From positions 1-64,000 of the IMG/VR virus record IMGVR_UViG_3300025617_001484: DNA of 64,000 nt; one strand, 5' to 3'. The notes under the pieces are model-generated. The model did no database searches. It was given only the letters and a program-made list of their open reading frames with translations, and was not told the DNA's origin. Positions within the stretch are counted from its first letter, which is position 1. Each line of letters opens with the position of its first letter. Positions 38,342-46,867 of the stretch are shown here, piece after piece. Position numbers and translations under genes: made by a program. This DNA comes from a virus.

Positions 38342-38990
38342 ACAAGTACAAACAAATCCAGGTTGAGTCAATTATATCATCGAGAGGCTTATTTACGTTT
38401 CCCGATGGTGTTATCCACTCATCCTTATTTTCTTCAAGTACTTTAGTAAAAGATCCTAAATTAGTTTCTGTGAAATTTCTTTCAATAAGAGAACTGTAGA
38501 GCTCGTGTTTTTTTGCATTTCCCTTATATGCAAACTTTTTAATAGATGTTGGAGAAAAAACATGGAAGTTCTCGCTTCCGGTATGATCAACTATTTTTTT
38601 TCTAAGAAGTGCGGTTGCCATAGAAATATCAATAAGAGCATTTCCGTTAGAGGCAAAACTTAGGCCCTCCATAGCAACTATAATATCATCTCCAGAACAT
38701 ATGTTTTCAATCTCAGACCAGAAAGAATCGACTAATTCCTGGAAGTAATCTATTTTAATCCTTTCCCTTTCTGAGTATTCGTCTGGAAGCTTACTTTTTC
38801 CCATAAACATTAGTACAAAATCACCACTCTTATCTTCGGAAAGAACTGAATATGGCTTCTTCGAATTTTTCTTGAGCGATTCCGCTGTCCTTTCGCTCCG
38901 GGTTAAAGATCCCCAGGTAAATTCATTTTCTTTAAGTATACAAAAAGCGGGTGAGTTAAGGGAAAAATCTATTCCAACTAATGTTTTCAA
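38319..38990 (-). CDS. ruvC: RuvC-like Holliday junction resolvase
   Basis: RNase H fold acidic residues in VGIDFSL, AMEGLSF, PTSIKKF, GNAKK and DDIIDS. Confidence 0.75.
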   Translation of the reverse strand: MKTLVGIDFSLNSPAFCILKENEFTWGSLTRSERTAESLKKNSKKPYSVLSEDKSGDFVLMFMGKSKLPDEYSERERIKIDYFQELVDSFWSEIENICSGDDIIVAMEGLSFASNGNALIDISMATALLRKKIVDHTGSENFHVFSPTSIKKFAYKGNAKKHELYSSLIERNFTETNLGSFTKVLEENKDEWITPSGNVNKPLDDIIDSTWICLYLYDKIKED

Positions 38991-39029
38991 AATATATTGC
39001 TTTAATGTGCACTTTATATATCAACACAG

Positions 39030-39078
39030 AAAAGCCCTCATTTATTGAAGGCTTTGGCCTAAGGAGACTATCCTTAGG
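39030..39078 (-). terminator. Two tandem hairpins, likely terminator
   Basis: AAAGCC-CTCA-TTTAT-TGAA-GGCTTT followed by CCTAAGGA-GACTA-TCCTTAGG. Confidence 0.5.
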
Positions 39079-39095
39079 GGGTTCTTGTAATTAAA

Positions 39096-39293
39096 TTAAG
39101 CGGAAACTGAATAAACCTGTATTAAGATGTATTCTCCAGAAGGGAGTGTATCTAATACAGTTCTCCAATATAATGAACTTTGGTAGTCATTTGATAAAAG
39201 TTGAGCAGCCGAAGCATCACTGGACCACCCAGAGGTAGTTTTATACTGTCCGTTTGATCTGTCTTGTATGATAAAATTTCCTGTTACAGTCAT
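39096..39293 (-). CDS. Hypothetical protein
   Basis: 65 aa ORF packed against the upstream gene. Confidence 0.55.
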   Translation of the reverse strand: MTVTGNFIIQDRSNGQYKTTSGWSSDASAAQLLSNDYQSSLYWRTVLDTLPSGEYILIQVYSVSA

Positions 39294-39297
39294 TTAT

Positions 39298-39543
39298 TTA
39301 TAAAGATGGTTTTACAACTTCACCCTTTTTTCCAGTGTAGTTATAGTCATTAATAAGCTTATCGTAACATTTTTTCATCTGATCGTCCGTTAAGCAATCA
39401 ACAATGTCATTCAATACTCTTTGGTCATTTCCAGAAGCTGCTACAAGCAAATCTTTCATATGTTGCTTAAGATCATCTTCACCGTACATCGGCTGACCGT
39501 ATTTCATTTCATTAATTTTGGTTAAATCTGAGAACTTCTTCAT
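39298..39543 (-). CDS. Hypothetical protein with a capsid-targeting-like leader
   Basis: Starts MKKFSDLTKINE; GATATATA upstream. Confidence 0.65.
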   Translation of the reverse strand: MKKFSDLTKINEMKYGQPMYGEDDLKQHMKDLLVAASGNDQRVLNDIVDCLTDDQMKKCYDKLINDYNYTGKKGEVVKPSL

Positions 39544-39572
39544 TTCTTACTATTTTTTGTATTCTATATATC

Positions 39573-40133
39573 TTATCTTTCCTTACCAATTTCAAGATCT
39601 AATCCAAGATAGTTGCATCTAAAGCCAACGTTAAAAGTATAGACTGAAGGATTATTTTGGGTATAATTCAAATTTAGCTCAGAAAAAGAAGTTAGTGTCA
39701 CCTCTTTAAACATCACGGTTGTAATAATGTTCCCCTCGTTATCCAAAGTTCTAAGAGGTAAATTTTGAATATAAACCCCGGGATTCTTAAAATCTAAGTA
39801 ATCTAGGAGTGTTTCCAACATTATAAAATAATTTACAAACCCCTCTGCTATTCTAAAAGAAATCTGAAATTCTCTATTGAATAAATCTTGTACTGGGGTA
39901 GCACTCTGATAGGTTATTCTTTTTCCTAAGTTTCTAACTTGCTCTGATGAATCCATACTCATCGAGGGAAAAGTAACGCTTTGTATGGTACTATTCATAT
40001 AAGAGGTCAAAGTATCATAAGGAGTTGGCTGCTTTTTCAAATAGTCAATATATTTCCTATGAACTACATCTGGAAAAAATCCCTTAGGAAATACGAAATA
40101 AAAGCTGTTTGCTCTTGCGTTTAATATAGCCAT
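39573..40133 (-). CDS. Tail tube-fold protein (gp3/gp19-like)
   Basis: IQSVTFPSMS, FQISFRIAEGFVNY, TLDNEGN and TSFSELNLNY...TFNVGF pattern; located at the end of the structural cluster. Confidence 0.55.
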   Translation of the reverse strand: MAILNARANSFYFVFPKGFFPDVVHRKYIDYLKKQPTPYDTLTSYMNSTIQSVTFPSMSMDSSEQVRNLGKRITYQSATPVQDLFNREFQISFRIAEGFVNYFIMLETLLDYLDFKNPGVYIQNLPLRTLDNEGNIITTVMFKEVTLTSFSELNLNYTQNNPSVYTFNVGFRCNYLGLDLEIGKER

Positions 40134-40160
40134 TTATAAAATTATTTTAATTTTCTTAAG

Positions 40161-42656
40161 TTACAAGGTGGGAAACTTTGCCCCTTGTGATCCCCCAGAG
40201 GTACCACTTGTGCCGTTTGCACTTCCACTATCACTTCCACTTTGGCTACTAGTAGATCCACCACTAGCAGCAGATCCACCGTTAGTTTGTCCAGAATAAG
40301 TATTTCCATATCCGTCAAGTTGATAAATCTCCGAATTTGAAAATATTCCGGTTACAGCTTGTTTGAAAAGATCCTTTGAAATACCACCATAAAGTTTATA
40401 TCCGACAGAAGATGGGTCCAAGAAATAAGATAATATATCTGGAGTAGTCCAGTCAAGTGATTTTTTACCCTGAACGTCAGAAGCAATAGCATTCTTAATT
40501 TCAGAAGTAGAAAGTGAAGAGATTGCTGGTTGCTGATTTTGTATAAAACTAGTAGAAGCATTTGTACTAGAAACAAGTCCAATTTCATTGCTAGGTGTTC
40601 CAAATAACTGCCACGAGCTTTGACCAGTAAATAAGCTTTCAGCGCTTTGTCTGCTTTGGGCTATTGTTTGGAATAAAGGACTACGAGAAGCACGTGAAGT
40701 GTTAGACGTAACATTCCTTTTTGGAGGTGTTTCGTCCTCATTAATCCAATTACCCCAATACAGGACAGAGGATGAACTGGATGATATTCTTGCTCCATCT
40801 ACATTAAGACTTGTTGTCTGTGCTCTAAGTTCCGTAATTGTATCATTTAAAGAAACAGACCTCTCAGAGAATTTTCTAGCAGCACTTGTTATCCTAGAAA
40901 TTTTTTCGTTCGATCTTGACGTTGGGCTAGCAGAAACTCTAGGACTATTGGAAATATAAAACTTTCTATTAGTAAATTGGAGTATCTGAGAAGAGAGTGT
41001 TTCATCTACTTTAAAAGCGAGTTCACCCTTTGCAGGCTTAGCTATATTATTATCAACTATAGAGGGTGCTTTAACCTTATTGTTTTGGTTGTTAATAAAA
41101 ACCATAGAAAAATCACCAGAAGAAGAAAGATCTATGTTTTTAATTGTTCCGTCGCTAGCTTTCTGAAAGAAGGTAAACTTATAGTAGTTGTCAAAAGGTG
41201 AAACAGTAATATAAGCCTGCCCAACACCATATGAAACAGCAGCATTGCCAGTAGTTTCATTATCAACATCATCTCTTATCTGTGTTCCATCAACTACCAA
41301 GTTAGTCAAAGAAGTATTGACCAGATTTCTGTCAATGAAAACATTTGAAAATTTAGTAATCTGTTTTGGTGCAGGAGCATTAACGTTATTCTGAGATGCT
41401 GAAATGTTAGTTCCCCCGGCTACCTTGTTATAGATCTTCTGTTGTTGTGGAAGAACCTGTAATTGCAGGGGTTGTATTTCAGCTCCATATCTACTAACAT
41501 CAGTTGATGTGTATGTTGCTATTCTAATGAGTCTAGATTGATCTTTATTATTAACCAAGGTCATAGTATACCTAAGAGTAAATGAAGAAGCTACTGAAGT
41601 ATATCTAACTATAGGTCTTAATAAATTAGGCACATCATAAGCAGTAGTCTGTATATTACTGAAGTTAGATGTGTTTAAAAGTGCACCTCCAACCTGTTCC
41701 AAAGTTTCTATGGTGTGCTGTAAATAATAGCTATTACCTATAGAATTCTGGAATAAAATAAAATCCTCTGGAAATCCACCATCGTCGGTAGCAAAATATT
41801 CAAAATAATCACCCTGGTCTGATGGGGCTATGTAAGCTCCGATGTTTTTGAAAGGATCTGTAGATTCTAGAGAAAGAGCTGCCAGTAGATTAACACCATA
41901 AGTTTCATAGCCATTAGTAGAGGTAGTATTTAATATTTCATAGGCTTTAATCCTTATCGGAGCTGCTGTCTGATATCCTCTACCACTTTTGCTAGTTAAT
42001 CCTGCAAGAGTAAATTGTTTATTACTTGCTGAAGCCGCTGCATAGCTATTATTCATATCTACGAGACTGGGTATTTTAACCTCATAGTATTTGTCATAAA
42101 TATTAGATCCTATAGTAAGAGGACTTGGATTTAGTGCATAAGTCTGAGCAGAACCCTTAGATAACTTTATTTGTGAAAAGGTAACATAAGAACTATCAAC
42201 GTCTAAATATTGGACTTGTAGGACTAGACCATCTATATTATTAAGATTGTATCCAGCAAGTATGTGATATCTAATAGAATCATAAATAACATTAATATTG
42301 GAGGGAAATGTTATTTGCAGATTAGCTGTATCAGTAAGCTCTGAATTGAAATCATTATATGGAACTATTAAACCTGGATCGAGAGTAATAAAAGAATTTG
42401 TATTAACCTGCACAACACTGTTATTTCTAGTGTTTTGTGTTACCGACTGGTTAGAATCCAAATTCATTATCTGGATATCATCCGAAGGTTGCCCATTGCT
42501 ATCCCCAAGTACACCATTTACAAGCTTATTGAAACCAACAGCAGGAGAACCGGTATTTACAAAATAGGTCTCAGGATTTGGTTGGTCAGCATATCTATAC
42601 TCCATTACTAAATAAGGAGCTAGCTGAACATATTTTGATGTAGTTGAAAATGCCAT
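40161..42656 (-). CDS. Putative virion structural protein
   Basis: 831 aa, S/T/N-rich with a Gly/Ser tail, within the structural cluster. Confidence 0.55.
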   Translation of the reverse strand: MAFSTTSKYVQLAPYLVMEYRYADQPNPETYFVNTGSPAVGFNKLVNGVLGDSNGQPSDDIQIMNLDSNQSVTQNTRNNSVVQVNTNSFITLDPGLIVPYNDFNSELTDTANLQITFPSNINVIYDSIRYHILAGYNLNNIDGLVLQVQYLDVDSSYVTFSQIKLSKGSAQTYALNPSPLTIGSNIYDKYYEVKIPSLVDMNNSYAAASASNKQFTLAGLTSKSGRGYQTAAPIRIKAYEILNTTSTNGYETYGVNLLAALSLESTDPFKNIGAYIAPSDQGDYFEYFATDDGGFPEDFILFQNSIGNSYYLQHTIETLEQVGGALLNTSNFSNIQTTAYDVPNLLRPIVRYTSVASSFTLRYTMTLVNNKDQSRLIRIATYTSTDVSRYGAEIQPLQLQVLPQQQKIYNKVAGGTNISASQNNVNAPAPKQITKFSNVFIDRNLVNTSLTNLVVDGTQIRDDVDNETTGNAAVSYGVGQAYITVSPFDNYYKFTFFQKASDGTIKNIDLSSSGDFSMVFINNQNNKVKAPSIVDNNIAKPAKGELAFKVDETLSSQILQFTNRKFYISNSPRVSASPTSRSNEKISRITSAARKFSERSVSLNDTITELRAQTTSLNVDGARISSSSSSVLYWGNWINEDETPPKRNVTSNTSRASRSPLFQTIAQSRQSAESLFTGQSSWQLFGTPSNEIGLVSSTNASTSFIQNQQPAISSLSTSEIKNAIASDVQGKKSLDWTTPDILSYFLDPSSVGYKLYGGISKDLFKQAVTGIFSNSEIYQLDGYGNTYSGQTNGGSAASGGSTSSQSGSDSGSANGTSGTSGGSQGAKFPTL

Positions 42657-42668
42657 TTTTATATTTGT

Positions 42669-43484
42669 TTATTTGCCAAACTGAAGAATTTTAGGTGAAT
42701 ATGTAATACCTATTCCGATAATGGGACCTGCTTGATATCCTTCAGTTGTTAAAACCATACCATACCCAACATTTAATCCTATACCAAAAGGTTTCCTCGC
42801 CCCTCTTAAAGCTTTACGTGTTCCTGGATCATCTACCATATCAAGTGCCTGTATATCGTTAAATGAAATACCGGGAAATGATGTAGAAGCTCTTACAAAA
42901 AGTCTATCCGTTTTAGGATCTCTGTAAAGGCCCGTTACTAGATCGATCTTCTGTTCTATAGTCATATTAACACTACCTGGATTGATTATTGACATTTCAA
43001 TGCCATTAAGTGTAGTATCAATCATAGTATAAGGTAGTCTTCCACTTACTAGCAATCTATTAGTTCCTGGTAAAGCCGGATTGTATTTAAATCCAAGGTA
43101 ACTAGTGTCCTTACCTATTTCATTCGCGACTGGGACTATTATGGAGGTATCCCTATAAATAACTTGGGTCTCTATTACAACCCCAGGTTTTTTATTATTA
43201 GCAAGCTCTAATTGTCTAATTAGAGATTCTTGCTCCTCTGAGAGTTCGCTGTATTTCAATTGGAAAGCAGATTTTTCTGCCAACACATTACCGAGTTTTG
43301 ACTCAACAGATCTAACGCTATCCTGCTCAGCAAGTAGGTTGTTCATATTTCTCTGAGCCTCTCTTTTAGCATCTTGAGAAATTCCACACTGCCTAAAGAG
43401 TAGAAATGCAAGAATAACCACAGCAACAATCGGGGTTGCCTTACTATTGATTATACCATTTATTTTAGATAAGATGTTAATCAT
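42669..43484 (-). CDS. Membrane-anchored coiled-coil protein with C-terminal amphipathic beta strands (spanin-like candidate)
   Basis: N-terminal TM segment ending LFRQC, a coiled coil, and C-terminal GIGLNVGYG...GPIIGIGITYSP. Confidence 0.45.
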   Translation of the reverse strand: MINILSKINGIINSKATPIVAVVILAFLLFRQCGISQDAKREAQRNMNNLLAEQDSVRSVESKLGNVLAEKSAFQLKYSELSEEQESLIRQLELANNKKPGVVIETQVIYRDTSIIVPVANEIGKDTSYLGFKYNPALPGTNRLLVSGRLPYTMIDTTLNGIEMSIINPGSVNMTIEQKIDLVTGLYRDPKTDRLFVRASTSFPGISFNDIQALDMVDDPGTRKALRGARKPFGIGLNVGYGMVLTTEGYQAGPIIGIGITYSPKILQFGK

Positions 43485-43717
43485 TTCATATAAATTAGTT
43501 TAAAAGGATCAAGATTACCCTCTCCATATTTCTCTCTCAAAGAGTCTACGAAATTAGATTCTTGCTCTCTCAGATCCTCAAGATCTTTAATCAGAGACCC
43601 AGCTTTTGTATTTAGATATTCCATTTGACCCTGCACATATTCTATATCAGACCTAACCTCCGAGAATTTGATCTTTAGCAAATTGGCTGTATCCTTTTCT
43701 TTTTTTGTTAATTCCAT
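43481..43717 (-). CDS. Small coiled-coil hypothetical protein
   Basis: 78 aa; ends LREKYGEGNLD. Confidence 0.6.
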   Translation of the reverse strand: MELTKKEKDTANLLKIKFSEVRSDIEYVQGQMEYLNTKAGSLIKDLEDLREQESNFVDSLREKYGEGNLDPFKLIYMK

Positions 43718-43739
43718 CTTATTTCTATTTATCTAGTTA

Positions 43740-45308
43740 TTATGCTGGAAGGAATCCACCTCCGGGATCACCAGTTGAAGTGTCTACAGCAAAACCATAG
43801 GTTATCCACCCGCATTTATAATTATCATCAGAGAATGCCCGGTAGTGTAATTTATCATTATTTCTAAAGAAAGTAATTCTAATGTGCTGGCATCCCGCCT
43901 CTCCAGCTGTATTATCATCAATATATGTTACTGAAGTACCCAATCCAAATTCAGGAACTACTCTAATGCCACCAAAGGAATATGTCGAAGAGTTCATAAA
44001 GAAATCAAAGGTTCTACTTTCGATACCAATTAAAAGTCCGGACGCCCACGAAAAATTGGAACCTAGACTTAATAGGACTCTATTAGTCTTCCCGTTGGTA
44101 CTAGGACTTCCAGAAGGTGGTGGGGTAATAACACAAATATCATTTGTTGGATTACCACAGAGTACATAAGAATTTGAACCCGCAGCTAAAAAATTCTGGG
44201 ATGTTGTAGTAATTCCTTTAACCTTCTTAAGACCAGTAGCACCAACAGATCCAAAGATAAACTTGTTTTCCCTTTCTGAAGTAATAAGACTCTGTCCAGT
44301 TGTATTTAAGATCTGTAGAAGTTCATCGCTTGTTGTTGATGATGACTCTATTTTAACACCATTACCAGAACCAGAAAGGCTTGCCAGCGGAACCCCCGGA
44401 TTAACAGGGGCAGCAACATACCCGGTTCCCCCAGGAACAGAAAGTATAATATTAAGTTCAGATGAACTTAAATTTACTAAAGAAGAACTTAAGTTTAACA
44501 AATCTGAGGTGGAAAAAGAAAAAGCACCGCTAGTTCCAGTAGCACCAATAAATGACATAGTGTTCTGAGAAGAACCCACAACATTCTGGTTTGTTGTAGA
44601 AATGGACATACTTCCTCCAGTTGCGGAATATTCAGAGGAAAGACCACTCTGAAGTCTAATCTCAGAGGGGAATGTCCATGCGTGATCATAAGAGCTTCCT
44701 GTCTGTTCCCATCTAAAGGAAACTATATTACCTGGAGATTGTGTCAAAAAGGTCTTTGCAAATCCGACTATAGGGAATTCACTTGTTTCAGAAGTATCTG
44801 TAGAGAGCATAACCTTTGAAAAGTTAGGATTCATGGATGAGGTTGCTCCTACAGCATCTGAAAGAATAAAATCGCTATCCCCAGGATTATTGTTTATGTA
44901 AATTGCATTGTTGGAAGTGGAATTTCCAGGTCCTGAAATACCGGTTATAGTTGCAAAAACGCCAGAGGAAAGAAGTGTTTGCCCTGTGTAGACCCATGAA
45001 CCAGAAGTATGTACATAGACTTTTTGTCCACCAGTGGCCCCAACATCTATCCAGATATCACCATCCTCAGAAGAATTACTAAGGGGTTCCGTAGTTGCAA
45101 AAAACCATTCGGCAGCTCTTTCTCCAGTAGCACCTGGAATACCATCACGACCAACCTGACCTCTGAGGCCAGTGACACCTACGTTCCCTATCGGTCCTCT
45201 TTCACCAACACCATTGGAAAATACCTGATAAAAATTGTGATTTATCTTATTGATAATCGTATCCTTGTCATCACCTGGTAATATGTATTTTGTATTAAAA
45301 TCTGCCAT
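43740..45308 (-). CDS. Tail fibre-like protein with a collagen-like segment (paralogue 2)
   Basis: GD...KINHNF N-terminus, G-X-Y repeats and a S/T/G-rich body. Confidence 0.65.
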   Translation of the reverse strand: MADFNTKYILPGDDKDTIINKINHNFYQVFSNGVGERGPIGNVGVTGLRGQVGRDGIPGATGERAAEWFFATTEPLSNSSEDGDIWIDVGATGGQKVYVHTSGSWVYTGQTLLSSGVFATITGISGPGNSTSNNAIYINNNPGDSDFILSDAVGATSSMNPNFSKVMLSTDTSETSEFPIVGFAKTFLTQSPGNIVSFRWEQTGSSYDHAWTFPSEIRLQSGLSSEYSATGGSMSISTTNQNVVGSSQNTMSFIGATGTSGAFSFSTSDLLNLSSSLVNLSSSELNIILSVPGGTGYVAAPVNPGVPLASLSGSGNGVKIESSSTTSDELLQILNTTGQSLITSERENKFIFGSVGATGLKKVKGITTTSQNFLAAGSNSYVLCGNPTNDICVITPPPSGSPSTNGKTNRVLLSLGSNFSWASGLLIGIESRTFDFFMNSSTYSFGGIRVVPEFGLGTSVTYIDDNTAGEAGCQHIRITFFRNNDKLHYRAFSDDNYKCGWITYGFAVDTSTGDPGGGFLPA

Positions 45309-45316
45309 CTCCTATA

Positions 45317-46822
45317 TTAGAATAAAACTCCACATTCACCCGAACATGTCGAATAATAACATTTTGGTGTGGATCCAACCATTAATATTGTGACCTCAAC
45401 ATAGTTTGCTGAGGTTGAAAAAATTGTGTATGAGCCAACACTAGTAGGAGGACCGAAGGATGTTACTGATGTCATGCCGTCAAACTCCTTCCCACTCTTG
45501 GCATAATAGTGAAGTGTTATTGATTCATTATTAGCAAGATAATCCCTCCAAGATGTGGAATTTGTGGCATTTGGTATCCCTATTATTCTTTGACCCGAGG
45601 TTGTCCAATCTGCATATAGAACATTCCCAGGTCCGAAATCAGTAGTTGAAAGGCCCTGTCCGGTATTCCCAGCTGAAGGTCCATAGAACCAGCTTGTATA
45701 AGTTACACTACTTATGTTAATTGTAAAAGAAGCTGTACTACTTACAGTATTATTCGTTGCATTAACTTGTCTTTGGAATGTTACTTTACCATCATTTCTA
45801 ACACTAAATCTTTCTGTGCTTGCACTTAATAGCCTTAGGAGATAGTAAGAAGAAGACGAAGATGTAGATTGAACCTTTAGTGTGTCCCCACTTCCACTGC
45901 TTAGTAGGCTCAGCAAAGGAGACTGCGAGGTCACACCACTTATAGTCATAGGAACATTAAGAGCCAGAAGTGATGATGTTAGATTAAATTTCTGGGAAGA
46001 GAATGTCATAATCGAAGTCCCAGAAGAAAAAGACATAGCTCCAGTTGAGGTAAATGACATCTGCGAGCCGGATGTTATAGAAACACCGGCACTTCCTGAA
46101 ATTGAAAGGGTAGAAGAGGTAGACTGTAGAGTCATACTCCCACCAGAGGTTACCCTAAAATCATCCTGTGGTACAGAGAAAAGCAGATCGTAATTACTAC
46201 CTGAAGGATCTACCCATCTAAACTGTGGGTGTCTATTATAGTCAGCTGGAGTTCCTATACCACCAACATTGGTTTTTGAGAATTCCATAATTGGATAATC
46301 ATTATTACCATTTGATGAAATTAGAAATTTAGCATAGGTTGGGTTGACAGTAGAGGTAGCCGGGGCAGAATCACTAATTACAAGAGTGTTTAATTCGGGA
46401 AATGGACTACTTATTACTATTGCATTTTTACCTCCAGTTGGTCCAGATATACCTGCTATGGTTTCAAAAACCTCAGAAGCCTTTAGATTTTGGCCAGTAT
46501 CAAACCACCCAGAATCAGTATACTCAAAAATAGAGTTGTTAGCTAAAGTCTGAACCCAATAATCACCAACTCTAATTGGATTACCAGCTCCACCGGTTGG
46601 TTCAGCTCCCTGTACAAACCATTTAGTTCCTCTAATACCTTCTTGACCAGGATCCCCTTTAGGACCAGCAGGACCAATTGACCCTTGTTCTCCTTGGTCA
46701 CCCTGCTGTCCCTGAGGTCCACCACCAGCAGAAACAATAGAATCGAAATTAGCATTTACTTTTTCCCTAATCGACTCCTGAGTGTCGCCGGTATTTAAAG
46801 CTTGTATATTCAGATTCGGCAT
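45317..46822 (-). CDS. Tail fibre-like protein with a collagen-like segment (paralogue 1)
   Basis: GD...KVNANF N-terminus and GPQGQQGDQGEQG...GPKGDPG collagen repeats. Confidence 0.65.
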   Translation of the reverse strand: MPNLNIQALNTGDTQESIREKVNANFDSIVSAGGGPQGQQGDQGEQGSIGPAGPKGDPGQEGIRGTKWFVQGAEPTGGAGNPIRVGDYWVQTLANNSIFEYTDSGWFDTGQNLKASEVFETIAGISGPTGGKNAIVISSPFPELNTLVISDSAPATSTVNPTYAKFLISSNGNNDYPIMEFSKTNVGGIGTPADYNRHPQFRWVDPSGSNYDLLFSVPQDDFRVTSGGSMTLQSTSSTLSISGSAGVSITSGSQMSFTSTGAMSFSSGTSIMTFSSQKFNLTSSLLALNVPMTISGVTSQSPLLSLLSSGSGDTLKVQSTSSSSSYYLLRLLSASTERFSVRNDGKVTFQRQVNATNNTVSSTASFTINISSVTYTSWFYGPSAGNTGQGLSTTDFGPGNVLYADWTTSGQRIIGIPNATNSTSWRDYLANNESITLHYYAKSGKEFDGMTSVTSFGPPTSVGSYTIFSTSANYVEVTILMVGSTPKCYYSTCSGECGVLF

Positions 46823-46867
46823 TTTATTCTTTTATCTTTGTTTATATATTCCAACTAACTAATCCCA

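Noticed and set aside
37595-38371. Longer start (MTQPGFVCTC...) for the nucleotidyltransferase
   Set aside because: It extends further into the RuvC-like gene. The family motif begins right after the ATG at 38341.
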